DNA from: an uncultured Methanosarcinaceae archaeon
GTDB taxonomy: Archaea; Halobacteriota; Methanosarcinia; Methanosarcinales; Methanosarcinaceae
Reading direction: 5' to 3'
Length of the DNA: 64,000 nt
NCBI GenBank assembly: GCA_963847185.1
Contig: CAWJYV010000008.1
Location: forward strand, 704,001 to 768,000
Part shown: positions 31,666 through 42,274 of the stretch, piece by piece
How positions within the stretch are numbered: the stretch's first letter is position 1
How the letters are laid out: the number at the start of each line of letters is the position of its first letter
Translations under genes and position numbers: made by a program
Notes under the pieces: model-generated
Seen by the model: the letters and a program-made list of their open reading frames with translations, nothing else
Database searches by the model: none
What the model was told of the DNA's origin: nothing

Positions 31666-34600
31666 TTGAATAATAAATCAAAAACTAGGATTATAAGCGG
31701 TCGATTGTCTGCTGCCATACCAAAAATGGATGATTCTATGAAGCGAAAAATGCCCTCACTTATGTCTTTATTATTGGTTAGCATATTTGTCACAATATTA
31801 TTTGTGTCGACAGCATCTGCTGAACCATACACAGTTGAAAAAACTATTCTGGATATTTCCGGAAATGTATCTGAAGTAAATATAACAAAAGCTGGAGATG
31901 TAATTAATTATCAGATTATCGTGACAAACGATGGAGAAACCACTCCCGAAAGCGTAACCGTTATCGATGATTTGGATCCTACTGTTGCTTCTTCAGATCC
32001 TTTAGAATCACTAACTAATGATAGTGTTCTCGAACCAGCAGAAACCTGGACTTATTTTGCAAGTTACACTGTCACACAGAATGATATGAATATTAACGGT
32101 ACAGGATCTGGAGTCATTAACAACACAGCAAGTGTTACCATTGACGCGCTGGATCCAATAAATGATAGTGTTGAAGCACCTATAATACAGAATCCCTCAT
32201 ATACAATTGATAAAACCGTTACTGATGTTGCCGGAAATGGTCCCGAAGCAAATGCAACAACATCTGGAGACATAATCAGCTATCAGATTAACGTCAGCAA
32301 TACTGGAAACATCGACCTTGCCAATGCAATTGTTTCAGATCCTCTGACTTCTCTTGAAGCGCCAGTCGGAGACGAGGAAGATGTGGGAACTTTAAATGTA
32401 GGAGAAAGCTGGATTTACAGTGCAAGTTACAGTGTTACCCAGGACGATCTGAATACTAAAGGCGGAGAGGACGGCTTTATCAACAACACAGCAAGTGTTG
32501 ACTGTGATCTTCTCGATCCGGTAAATGACAGTGCTGAAGTTCCTCTTGAATGGAACCCTGATTATAGTGTTAGCAAAAAAGTTGTTGACGCTGCAGGCCA
32601 AGGACCTTCAGGATATGTGACAGCAGCAGGAGACATTATAATCTACGAGGTTAACGTAACCAATGATGGAAATATTGACCTTACAAATATGAATGTCTCT
32701 GATCCTCTGTTAATTCTTGAAAATCCAGTTGGAGATGATGGAGATTCAGAAACTCTAAATGTTAGTGAAAACTGGACTTTTACTGCAAGTTACACTGTTA
32801 CTGAGGAGGATATGAACAGTAATGGTGATTGGGACGGATTCATCAACAATACCGTATCCATAGTCTGTGATCAGCTAGGTCCGAAGACCGACAAGGCTGA
32901 AGTACCTATAGAACAGAATCCTGCGTACACCATTGACAAAACTGTTATTGATGTTAATGGAAACAGTCCTGACACAAATGTAACCGCTGCAGGAGATGTG
33001 ATCAACTATCAGGTTGATATAACAAATGAAGGGAATATTGGTCTTAAAAATGTAAGTGTTAATGATTCTCTGATTGAGCTTACAGGACCATTTGAGCATT
33101 ATCCACTACCACAGTTAACACAATCAACACAAACAGTTCAGGTCTCACAGGAACTAGGTAACGGAATTCTTGAAGTAGGAGAAGTCTGGACCTACGTTGG
33201 AAATTATAGTGTTCTTCAGTCCGATTTGAATAATAATGGTGACGGAGACGGCTTCATCAACAACACAGCAACTGTTTACTGGGATGGACTGGATCCAATA
33301 AATGACAGTGCTGCAGTTCCTGTTGAACAGAATCCTGCTTACAGCATTGACAAAACAGTTATTGACGTCTCTGGAAACGGCCCTGAAGCAAATGTAACCA
33401 CCGCAGGAGATGTCGTCACTTACCAGGTTAATGTTACAAATGACGGAAACATTGACCTCAACAATGTAATTGTTGATGATCCTCTGTTTGTGCTTGAAGC
33501 GCCTATCGAGTCCCTTAATAGTGATGGGGTTCTTGAAGTAGGAGAAATCTGGACTTACTTTGGAAACTATAATGTTCTTCAGTCCGATCTGAACAGTAAT
33601 GGTGATGAAGATGGCTTCATCAACAACACAGCAACCGTTGACAGTGATGAGCTGGATCAGGAAAATGACAGTGCTGAAGTATTTGTCGAACAGAATCCTG
33701 CTTACGCTATTGACAAAATCGTTCTAGATGTTGCTGAAAATGGACCTGAAGCAAACGTAACTTCTGCAGGAGATGTAATCAGCTACCAGATTGACATTAA
33801 CAATACAGGAAACATTGACCTTAACAATGTAATTGTTGATGATCCTCTGGTTATGCTTGAAGCGCCTACAGAATCCCTGAATGCTGATGGGATTCTTGAA
33901 GTAGGGGAAATCTGGACTTACTTTGGAAATTATAGTGTTCTTCAGTCCGATCTGAACAGTAATGGTGACGGAGACGGCTTCATCAACAACACAGCAACTG
34001 TTGATTGTGATGAGCTTGACCAGGAAAATTACAGTGTTGCAGTTCCTGTCGAACAGAATCCGGATTACTGTTTCTACAAGTCAGTAATCGAAGTCGATAA
34101 TGGTGGAGACTGTATAGTCGACGACGCTGGAGATATCATTAGGTACAGAGTCGTAGTAAAGAATGACGGTAATGTTGACCTTACTGGTATTTCAGTAAAT
34201 GATACTCTGACCTCACTTAGCGAACCCACCGGAGACGATGCTGATCCTGGAATTTTGAACGTTGGAGAAATCTGGAAATTCTACGGAAACTACACCGTTA
34301 CTCAGGAAGACATTAACACTAACGGTGGAGGAGACGGAGTTATAGAAAACATCGCAACAGTAAGCTGTAACGAACTTCCAAGCCAAGATTGCAGTGTAAG
34401 TCAGCCGATTGCTCATGATGCATACTTGCGCATTTACAAATCAGCAATTGGAACTGATAACATTGGAGACTGTATAATCAACGAAGCTGGAGACATAATC
34501 GAGTATCGGATTGCGGTAAAGAATGATGGAAAAGTCGATCTTACCGACGTTTCAGTAAACGACCCCATGATTTCTCTTGAAGGCCCTGTAGAATCAAAAG

Positions 34601-35220
34601 TTGCTGATGGGGTTCTTACAGTTGGTGAACTCTGGGTCTACGCAGGAAATTACACTGTAACTCAGGAGGACATAGACAGTAATGGTGGGGAAGACGGTTA
34701 TATCGACAATACTGCAATTGTAAGCTGCAACGAGCTTTCAGACGAAACCAGCAGTATTGGAGTGCCAATAGTCTTTACCAATAACCTGAAAGAAGGTGCA
34801 GATTCTGAATCTAACAACACAACTGTTGATGATGAAACGAATAACACTGCAGAAGACAATTCTAACAGTAACGACAACAGTAGCGATAACGACAATGACG
34901 ACAGCAGCAGTGGAGGAAGCAGCGGAAGTAGCAGTCACAGCAGCAGTGGGGGCAGCAGTGGAACCGGTACTGCTCGGGTAATTTCCAACAATGACGAAAC
35001 CGATAAAGTAAACGAAAGCTCAGTGGAAGAAAATGTCACGGAAACACAACCTGAATCTAATGTTGAAGTGATCCCGGACAATACTGAAAGTACGGAAGCA
35101 GATGTTGAACAGCAGACTGAAACTGAAGGAAGCACAAGCACACAAAAAGAATCTCCTGGATTTGATATGATTTATGGAATCATTGGCCTGCTTGGGGTAT
35201 TCCTGTACAGAAGAAAATGA
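31666..35220 (+). CDS. cell-surface protein with 8 DUF11/DUF7507-like repeats + PGF-CTERM (paralog of upstream gene)
   Basis: Same repeat consensus, Ser/Asp/Asn linker, SPGFDMIYGIIGLLGVFLYRRK tail. Confidence 0.92.
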   Translation: MNNKSKTRIISGRLSAAIPKMDDSMKRKMPSLMSLLLVSIFVTILFVSTASAEPYTVEKTILDISGNVSEVNITKAGDVINYQIIVTNDGETTPESVTVIDDLDPTVASSDPLESLTNDSVLEPAETWTYFASYTVTQNDMNINGTGSGVINNTASVTIDALDPINDSVEAPIIQNPSYTIDKTVTDVAGNGPEANATTSGDIISYQINVSNTGNIDLANAIVSDPLTSLEAPVGDEEDVGTLNVGESWIYSASYSVTQDDLNTKGGEDGFINNTASVDCDLLDPVNDSAEVPLEWNPDYSVSKKVVDAAGQGPSGYVTAAGDIIIYEVNVTNDGNIDLTNMNVSDPLLILENPVGDDGDSETLNVSENWTFTASYTVTEEDMNSNGDWDGFINNTVSIVCDQLGPKTDKAEVPIEQNPAYTIDKTVIDVNGNSPDTNVTAAGDVINYQVDITNEGNIGLKNVSVNDSLIELTGPFEHYPLPQLTQSTQTVQVSQELGNGILEVGEVWTYVGNYSVLQSDLNNNGDGDGFINNTATVYWDGLDPINDSAAVPVEQNPAYSIDKTVIDVSGNGPEANVTTAGDVVTYQVNVTNDGNIDLNNVIVDDPLFVLEAPIESLNSDGVLEVGEIWTYFGNYNVLQSDLNSNGDEDGFINNTATVDSDELDQENDSAEVFVEQNPAYAIDKIVLDVAENGPEANVTSAGDVISYQIDINNTGNIDLNNVIVDDPLVMLEAPTESLNADGILEVGEIWTYFGNYSVLQSDLNSNGDGDGFINNTATVDCDELDQENYSVAVPVEQNPDYCFYKSVIEVDNGGDCIVDDAGDIIRYRVVVKNDGNVDLTGISVNDTLTSLSEPTGDDADPGILNVGEIWKFYGNYTVTQEDINTNGGGDGVIENIATVSCNELPSQDCSVSQPIAHDAYLRIYKSAIGTDNIGDCIINEAGDIIEYRIAVKNDGKVDLTDVSVNDPMISLEGPVESKVADGVLTVGELWVYAGNYTVTQEDIDSNGGEDGYIDNTAIVSCNELSDETSSIGVPIVFTNNLKEGADSESNNTTVDDETNNTAEDNSNSNDNSSDNDNDDSSSGGSSGSSSHSSSGGSSGTGTARVISNNDETDKVNESSVEENVTETQPESNVEVIPDNTESTEADVEQQTETEGSTSTQKESPGFDMIYGIIGLLGVFLYRRK

Positions 35221-35512
35221 ATCAATATGGAAATTGCGAAAAGTAAAGTAATTATTTAAATATAGTAGCGGTGCCAGAAGGCGCCGTGAAAATCTTTTTT
35301 TACACCTTTTTTAAATTTCTTTTTAGATCTTAACTATTCTTTATTCAGGTTCGCTTATTTTCGTTTTAGAGTTTATGATCTTCTGAGTTTTTCATCTTCC
35401 TGGTACCTTTTACTTCTTTTTATCACTCTTTTCATCTAGGTTACAGGAAAGTATTTATAAACAATTTATCTGTACATTGAAGTGGCAAAATAAATAACCG
35501 GAAGACGTTTTC

Positions 35513-36703
35513 ATGATTTCAGAAGCCTCTTACGATGTCATTGTTGTGGGTGCAGGCCCTGCAGGTTCCACTGCTGCTCTTTATGCTGCAAAGAATGGAG
35601 CCTCTGTTCTTCTTCTTGATAAAAAAAAGGAAATTGGAGACCCTATTCAGTGTGCAGGTTTTCTTCCTGATGCTTCGGAAGTTCAGGCTCTTCTTCCTGA
35701 TGCTGAACTGCCGGATTCCCTTATAAATTATCCTGATTCCTGTGTGCTCCAGCATATCAAAACTCAGCGCATTATCCCCCCTGATTGCAGAGTCAAAGAA
35801 TTCTCCGTCAAAGGCGTTGTCCTTGATAGGCGCAGATATGACCAGTTTCTAGCTGAACAGGCCGCAAAAGCCGGGGCTGAGTTAATGGTCAAGACCCGCG
35901 TGACAAAAGTGGAAGGCACAAATGTTGAAATCTCTGGATTCTTTGGGAAACACACTGTCAAAGGCAAAGCGATTATCGGAGCTGACGGCCCTAATTCTTT
36001 CGTCGCAAAATCAAAGGGTCTCTCCTGGAAACCGGAATCAAAAGAGACTTCTGTTGCCATTGAATATCAGATAAGAAACGTTAATATCGATCCTGATGCT
36101 CTTGAGATGTATTTCGGAAAAGATTTTGTTCCCGGAGGGTATGCCTGGATTTTTCCGGAAGGTGAAGATCGGGCAAACGTAGGCATAGGGATTCGAAGCG
36201 GAATGGCTGAAAAAGGAGTTCCTGCAAAAGAATACCTGAGTCGCTTTATACGGAACCATCCTCTAGCCAGTCACAAGCTGAAAAAAGGTATTATCACAAA
36301 TATCATTGCAGGTATCATCCCTGTAAGCGGAGCCCCGGAGAGAACTGCTACAGACGATTCTCTTATCGTGGGGGATGCAGCAGGGCACGTGATTGCAACT
36401 AACGGAGGCGGTATTCCTCCCGCAATTATTGCAGGTAAAGCGGCAGGCGAAACTGCAGCCTCGTTTGCAGCCGGGGAATGCAAACTGCAGGATTATGAGA
36501 GGCGCTGGAGGAAACAATTCGGTTCAGCACTTGAGACCTCGGTTCAGGCAAGGCAGCTCATGGACGGGATCATGAAATCCGACGCTCTAATGAATGCTGC
36601 TTTCAAGTTTATTTCCCCTGAGCAGATAAAAGTCATGCAGTGCGGAAAACTTCCGGGGCCTGTGAAATTGGGGCTTCAGGCTCTGAATAGAGGAAAAAAA
36701 TAA
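35513..36703 (+). CDS. geranylgeranyl reductase family flavoprotein
   Basis: YDVIVVGAGPAGS, GADG, PGGYAWIFP and VGDAAG...GGGI motifs. Confidence 0.92.
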   Translation: MISEASYDVIVVGAGPAGSTAALYAAKNGASVLLLDKKKEIGDPIQCAGFLPDASEVQALLPDAELPDSLINYPDSCVLQHIKTQRIIPPDCRVKEFSVKGVVLDRRRYDQFLAEQAAKAGAELMVKTRVTKVEGTNVEISGFFGKHTVKGKAIIGADGPNSFVAKSKGLSWKPESKETSVAIEYQIRNVNIDPDALEMYFGKDFVPGGYAWIFPEGEDRANVGIGIRSGMAEKGVPAKEYLSRFIRNHPLASHKLKKGIITNIIAGIIPVSGAPERTATDDSLIVGDAAGHVIATNGGGIPPAIIAGKAAGETAASFAAGECKLQDYERRWRKQFGSALETSVQARQLMDGIMKSDALMNAAFKFISPEQIKVMQCGKLPGPVKLGLQALNRGKK

Positions 36704-36817
36704 TGAGTATTCTAATTTGATGATACTAAGGTAAAATGGAGAAAAAGCAGTCAGTATTAGAATTTGAATGATACTAAGGCAATAATGAATACTTGAAATG
36801 GAAAATTTTCCCTTTTC

Positions 36818-37144
36818 TCAGGATTTTCCTTCTGCTGCTTTTATCTTTCTTAACTCGGTTTCGGCGTCTTCTTTATTATACCTGGCTTCAGGATAAACGG
36901 GCCTTATTTCAAGTGCTTTATCAAAAGAAGCAATAGCGTCATCATACCTTTTTAGAATCACAAATTCAAGCCCTCTGAGGTTCCAGGCTCCTGCAAAATC
37001 GGGTTTTAATTCCAGAACCTTATCAAAATATTCTATCTTTTTTTCAGGATCCGTTTCTCCTACGGCAAGCCCATACCATTCCTCTACGGTTTTTCCTTCG
37101 ATTTTCTTCTTAAATAACTTGTCCAAAATACTCAAAGATATCAA
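36818..37144 (-). CDS. tetratricopeptide repeat protein
   Basis: AWNLRG...YDDAIASFDKALEIRP TPR pattern. Confidence 0.85.
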   Translation of the reverse strand: MISLSILDKLFKKKIEGKTVEEWYGLAVGETDPEKKIEYFDKVLELKPDFAGAWNLRGLEFVILKRYDDAIASFDKALEIRPVYPEARYNKEDAETELRKIKAAEGKS

Positions 37145-37283
37145 TCCCCATTAAGAAATTGATCCGGAAGGTAGAAATAGATAATCATGTCCGTCAGGCA
37201 AAGTGTTAGAATGAAGGCACAAATCCTGAATACTGAGTAAAAAGAAAAAAATTGGAAATTTTTTAAAAATTAAAAATTGCCTG

Positions 37284-38198
37284 TTATAATGAAAGCAATT
37301 GAGTTTCATTTAACAGGTTTGCAAAGTCAGAGGTAATTTCCAATTTGGTAATATTTTCTGAGGTAGTTACGCTATAAGACACTCCGCGTTCGCTTGAATT
37401 TGCCTGATAGGTTTCGATGTTCCTGGTTACGTTGGATTCAGGGTTAACGAAAATGGCTGTCTGAGTGTAACTGCCGTTATCCAGTTTTTTGAGGTCCGTA
37501 TAATACTGGTCAGCGGGGATATCCGTTGTATTGGTTTTTGTTACTACTCCCTGGTAGATTACATTCTCAGGGTTTACCAGGTTCAAAATCTGGTCGTATT
37601 TAGTTGAAGATGTAGCGTTTCCTTCCAGCACATCTATTACTTTTTCAGCGCTCTCGCGTGGACCAAAAATTACAGGACTTCCGACTACGTTCCATATATC
37701 ATAAGTGTTATTTGTCCTTGCAAGAAGATTATAACCATCATAAGGAGCTGCACCCCAGGGAACTAAAATTTTCTGTTCCGGAATCTGGTGCAATTCGAAA
37801 CCGCTTCCATCAGGATAACTTGCACTGTAACGTTTTGTGACATCAGCATTGTAGATAGATTTCATACTCGTTACATTTCCGAATATTGATTCAAGAGGGG
37901 TCCCTGTTGTTCTCTGAAGGTCCACGTAACTTGCACTTATCGTCCCTTCTGGAGACATGTTCAAGCCGTCGGCGATAGAATTGAACTTATGATATACTTG
38001 CTTTCCCGGAACCTGAGAAAAGGATATCGTGGAATTATCCACAGCTTCAGAATTAGAAGTGTTACTCTTAATATTATCGCTATCGTCATCTAAGCTCTCA
38101 ATAAGTACCGCACAAGCTGACAGAACCATTGTTGCGGCTAAAAAAATAGCCAGATATTTCTGGTTTTTTGTTGCTGGATCTTTTCGTTGTTTCATCAA
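37284..38198 (-). CDS. hypothetical membrane-anchored or secreted protein
   Basis: 304-aa ORF with GAGGT SD and one N-terminal hydrophobic segment. Confidence 0.8.
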   Translation of the reverse strand: MMKQRKDPATKNQKYLAIFLAATMVLSACAVLIESLDDDSDNIKSNTSNSEAVDNSTISFSQVPGKQVYHKFNSIADGLNMSPEGTISASYVDLQRTTGTPLESIFGNVTSMKSIYNADVTKRYSASYPDGSGFELHQIPEQKILVPWGAAPYDGYNLLARTNNTYDIWNVVGSPVIFGPRESAEKVIDVLEGNATSSTKYDQILNLVNPENVIYQGVVTKTNTTDIPADQYYTDLKKLDNGSYTQTAIFVNPESNVTRNIETYQANSSERGVSYSVTTSENITKLEITSDFANLLNETQLLSL

Positions 38199-38386
38199 TG
38201 AAACCTCATAATATAAGGTGTATTATTCTGAAAGATTCTGAAAGTAGAGAATATATTTTTGATATGTTTATGTATTGCCTTAAAAAAGCTTCCTATATAT
38301 TTTTTTCGCTGTGTAAAAATATTTCGCAACATATGGGCTTTTAAGTGAAGGCACCTGATTTTTCAGTAACGATGAAATCCTCATTT

Positions 38387-39820
38387 TCAGTCCAGAGTCA
38401 AAATTTTGAGCATATTTGTGCCTCCGGGTTTTCCTGAAGAAGGACCCTGAGTAAGAACCACAATATCCCCTTTCTTTGCAAATCCCATTTCTTCAGCTTT
38501 TTTTGTTGTTTCCTCTTCCCAGCTTTCAATTGTCTCCCTCACAGTAATAGGATAGACTCCGTAGGATAGAGAAAGGAAGCTGCAGGTTTTCGGAACGCGG
38601 CTGAAAGCAAGGATCCAGGGGTCGGGCTTGAAGCGTGAAATTCTGCGAGGAGTTGCCCCACTTCTCGTTGGAGTCAGTATGGCTGCAACAGGCAGTTTTT
38701 GCAGGGCTTCATACACCTGGAAGGTTATTACTTCATCTACTGACATTTCCCTGGCTGTGATACCTTTAATCATTGTATCGAGCCCCCATTTTGTTCGGGA
38801 ACGCCAGTTTTCGGTTGTTTTTGCAATTTTTGCCATCATCTCAACAGCTTCCACCGGATAATGACCAACGGCCGTTTCTTCCGAAAGCATGACCGCGTCT
38901 GTTCCATCAAGGATTGCGTTGGCAACATCTGTCGCTTCTGCACGGGTAGGTCTTATGTTATCTGTCATGGAAGCCAGCATATGAGTGGCTGTAATTACGG
39001 GAATCCCAAGAAGTTTTGCACTCTGAATAAGCTCTTTCTGGACAGAGGGAACTTCCTGAATAGGAATTTCGACCCCAAGGTCACCTCTGGCAACCATGAG
39101 AGCATCTGTTACTTCAAGGATCTCTTTTATGTTCTCTACAGCCTGTCTGCGCTCAATTTTCGCGACGATATATACGGATTTTCCTCTGGCTGCTGCAAAA
39201 TCCCGGACTTTACGGATATCGTCTGCATTTTCTACAAAAGAGATACTAAAGGTATCAATTTCTTCGTTCAGGGCGAATTCCAGAATTTTGAAATCCTTCT
39301 CAGTTACCGGATCAAGGAAAATTTTTGCTCCAGGCAGGTTCAGCCCTTTATGTGAATAAAGCTGTCCTCCGATAAGAACCTCGCAGAGTACATCTTTTCC
39401 GGATACCTCAAGGCAGCGGAGCTGGATAAATCCATCACTTAAGTAGATAAGGCTTCCTGGAGAAACGCTCTCCGGAAGCTGCTTATAACTTACAGGGATA
39501 CGTTCCGAATCTCCAGAAAAGTTTTCCACAGTAAGGGTCACGAGATTTCCTTTATGGAGCATGAGTGGTTCTTTTTCCAGTTTGCCTATACGGATTTTCG
39601 GGCCTGGAAGGTCGGCAAGAATAGCAATTGTTCTGTCAAGCTCTTCTGCGACCTTGCGGACTCTTGTGATCACTTCTCCATGGCTTTCGAAGTCCCCATG
39701 GGAAAAATTGATCCTTGCCACGTTCATGCCAGCAAGCACCAGTTCCCTTATCATTTCTTCGGAAGATGAAGCTGGGCCTATAGTGCAGACGATTTTTGTT
39801 TTATGGTCCGGAATTTGCAT
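38387..39820 (-). CDS. pyk: pyruvate kinase
   Basis: KTKIVCTIGPAS, ARINFSHG, DLPGPKIR, MVARGDLGVE and PTRAEATDVANAILDGTDAVMLS motifs; start could be TTG 39838. Confidence 0.97.
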   Translation of the reverse strand: MQIPDHKTKIVCTIGPASSSEEMIRELVLAGMNVARINFSHGDFESHGEVITRVRKVAEELDRTIAILADLPGPKIRIGKLEKEPLMLHKGNLVTLTVENFSGDSERIPVSYKQLPESVSPGSLIYLSDGFIQLRCLEVSGKDVLCEVLIGGQLYSHKGLNLPGAKIFLDPVTEKDFKILEFALNEEIDTFSISFVENADDIRKVRDFAAARGKSVYIVAKIERRQAVENIKEILEVTDALMVARGDLGVEIPIQEVPSVQKELIQSAKLLGIPVITATHMLASMTDNIRPTRAEATDVANAILDGTDAVMLSEETAVGHYPVEAVEMMAKIAKTTENWRSRTKWGLDTMIKGITAREMSVDEVITFQVYEALQKLPVAAILTPTRSGATPRRISRFKPDPWILAFSRVPKTCSFLSLSYGVYPITVRETIESWEEETTKKAEEMGFAKKGDIVVLTQGPSSGKPGGTNMLKILTLD

Positions 39821-39985
39821 GTTCACACGGCCTTTCAATATTTAATTTTTCAATTGACCTTTTTCCTGATAATTCTTTGAAATCTCTGGATCGACGTTTC
39901 CTTTTTTCAGGATTGGGTAACTGATTTATCCATTTCGCAAGATTTCACTTCAGTTTATTCAGGCATTAGCTCTTATGCAATTTTC

Positions 39986-40909
39986 TTATTCCCCTTTGTA
40001 TATTTTCAGGGCCTGTTCGACGCTTGAGTCCTCAACAGTTATAGCGTAAACTGCATTGCACATGCGGACAGCTTCATCAAGGGATTTCTGGTGGATATTT
40101 CTTCCTGTTGCGTTCCCCTTAGCTCCTGAGATGTGGATCTGGTCATATAACTTTTTCAGGAAAGCTTCAGCCTCATCACTCGTGCCGCCTGCACAAACAA
40201 CTCTGGTGCGTCCGGCTGCTTTGACAGCTTCTTTGAAGATCTCAGCCGATTTTGCCCCTTCCTTTTTGGGGTAATTGACCTTTACAAAATCAGACCCAAG
40301 ACAGGCTCCAACGCCTGTAGCCCCTGCAATCAGGTGAGGATCCTTTTCGTCCTTTACTGCAGTTCCACGGGGGTAGATCCAGAGTACTGAAAGCATTCCG
40401 TGTTGATGGGCATCGTAGACTACCTGGGCAGCCTGTACAAGCATCTCGGCTTCGAACTCACTGCCGAGGTAAATCGTATAACCTACACCAAGAATATTGA
40501 GCCCGCTGTTCTCCTTAAATTCAGCAACCTGGTCCACGTCATACCAGAGGTTGCTAAAGGGATCGGCCTGTGAAGTTTCTACAAGGTGGGTTTTTGAGTT
40601 TACTTTAATAAGATACGGTATATCTCTGTAATCCATCCCATAACGTGCAATTAGCCCAAGCTGGGCTGCAAAAACTCCTATTTTTGCCTTGGATGCTATT
40701 CTAAAAAGGTGTTCTGGATCAGCATCGTCTTCAGGTACTCCTTCTCCATAAAAATCGTCATTTAGATGCTCTACTTTCTGATCGCCTGCAAAAAGCATGA
40801 GTCTGTCCGTGCCTTTTGTGATCTCCATATAGTTCTTTATGTATGTTTCACGCATTGCTTTCGGAACGTCTAAAGGTACGATTACGTTTTCTTTGTTGAT
40901 TGAAACCAT
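39986..40909 (-). CDS. class I (DhnA-type) aldolase, likely fructose-bisphosphate aldolase
   Basis: FAGDQKVEH, WIYPRG, LGSDFVKVNYP Schiff-base Lys, AGG and GRNIHQ motifs; co-oriented with pyk. Confidence 0.88.
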   Translation of the reverse strand: MVSINKENVIVPLDVPKAMRETYIKNYMEITKGTDRLMLFAGDQKVEHLNDDFYGEGVPEDDADPEHLFRIASKAKIGVFAAQLGLIARYGMDYRDIPYLIKVNSKTHLVETSQADPFSNLWYDVDQVAEFKENSGLNILGVGYTIYLGSEFEAEMLVQAAQVVYDAHQHGMLSVLWIYPRGTAVKDEKDPHLIAGATGVGACLGSDFVKVNYPKKEGAKSAEIFKEAVKAAGRTRVVCAGGTSDEAEAFLKKLYDQIHISGAKGNATGRNIHQKSLDEAVRMCNAVYAITVEDSSVEQALKIYKGE

Positions 40910-41312
40910 TTGTATAAACCTCAGTCTGATTGAGTAGCAGTAATTGGATTGTACTTAATACTGTGAAACCTTATTTATTTATTACCTATATTCCCTCTTA
41001 CTAGCTTTATAATTTTTTGCATTCAGTATTGAGGGTTTTTGAGGTTTTATATCTGTTAATTATACTGTTGAAATTTCCAACTCTTCAAGAAGATTATAAA
41101 ATCTATTTAATTAAAAGCTAGTATGTTCAGAAAACTTAAAAATCTGATCAGTTAGTAGATTTTATGTATTTAAAAACTGAAATTTAAAACTTAACATATA
41201 ACAAAAGAAATTTTGAAAAAGTCTTATAAGAGATAAATTCAAGAAAAAGATCTAAAAATAAATTAAAGTAATAAGTATTAGAACAAAATAGGTAAAAATG
41301 TAAACATTTCTA

Positions 41313-41385
41313 CGCCGCTTGCAGGGCTCGAACCTACGACATTCTGGTTAACAGCCAGACACTCTACCAACTGAGTTAAAGCGGC
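41313..41385 (-). tRNA. tRNA-Asn(GTT)
   Basis: Reverse complement GCCGCTT...TCTGG-CTGTTAA-CCAGA...GGTTCGAGCC...AAGCGGC-G. Confidence 0.96.
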
Positions 41386-41460
41386 TTTCTGATTGGACAT
41401 CTATTCTATCCCTTACTCTCAAACCTTATTATAAAAGAAGGTTTCCTGATATAAAGCTTA

Positions 41461-41535
41461 TGGGCCTGACCGGATTTGAACCGGTGACCGCTCGGTTATG
41501 AGCCGAGCGCTCTAACCTGACTGAGCTACAGGCCC
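41461..41535 (-). tRNA. tRNA with CAT anticodon, most likely tRNA-Ile2
   Basis: GGGCCTG...CTCGG-CTCATAA-CCGAG...CAGGCCC-A; intronless, G1-C72 pair, so not the initiator; Ile2 versus Met is inferred. Confidence 0.88.
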
Positions 41536-41639
41536 TGATTGTTTCTAATATAGTAGTCTTTAGTAAGGCTTTAATAATAAACTTTTTGCATGTGTTTCTA
41601 TTTACTAGAAAAAGCGCTATAATTTATGCAAAAACTTCA

Positions 41640-41712
41640 CGCCGCTTGCAGGGCTCGAACCTACGACATTCTGGTTAACAGCCAGACACTCTACCAACTG
41701 AGTTAAAGCGGC
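41640..41712 (-). tRNA. tRNA-Asn(GTT), identical second copy
   Basis: 73-nt sequence identical to 41313-41385. Confidence 0.96.
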
Positions 41713-41940
41713 TTATGCTATCGGATGTGCTTATTATAGCCACCCTATCGCGAACACTCTTAAAGCGACGATCTTATTTATATATTTCGCTTGGAGCAGT
41801 TGTCACAAACAACTTTACAGATACTTTCTAAAGTACTTTCATGTGCAATCTTATTTTATCTGCTCCAGCTTTCTTTTTATATCATTCCCTATCAGAGGCA
41901 TCCTTTTTCCTCTTAAGTGATATAAATTTGATTATTTGAG

Positions 41941-41958
41941 CCAAAAAACCTTATATGC
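41941..41958 (+). promoter_or_regulatory. BRE/TATA candidate for the microprotein operon
   Basis: ccaaaaaacc-ttatatgc, divergent from the tRNA genes. Confidence 0.55.
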
Positions 41959-42274
41959 CTTCAGGAATAATATATTTACTTATCTGTTGTAGTATTTTAC
42001 AACAAAGTCGGACAGATTTGATTTTTAAGCAGTAAGTTTCCAGTTTGGATATAAATGCTTCTACTGAGGCCCTGTCCGGGGGAATTTATTCCAATTAAAG
42101 TTCGAAGAAGGTCAAAAACGTCTTTAAACTAAACTTCAAGGGTTAAGGTCGGTTACTTCATCTAACTGGAAATATTTTAAATTCTTTGTAGTTTTCCGGA
42201 AAATTTGCGGTTCTATTGGAATCTGACCTAATAAACCTTGCAGTTTTAAAAATGGAAATCAAGGGGGATTATTC

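Noticed and set aside
24139-35220. Diversity-generating retroelement or CRISPR explanation for the repeats
   Set aside because: No reverse transcriptase or cas genes; repeats are in-frame protein domains and the differences are not adenine-specific
36705-36790. Two ~25-bp direct repeats (aatttga(a)tgatactaagg) after the reductase gene
   Set aside because: Only two imperfect copies with no D box or array; likely a local duplication in a terminator region
41461-41535. Initiator tRNA-Met call
   Set aside because: Lacks the A1-U72 pair and the three consecutive G-C anticodon-stem pairs of initiators
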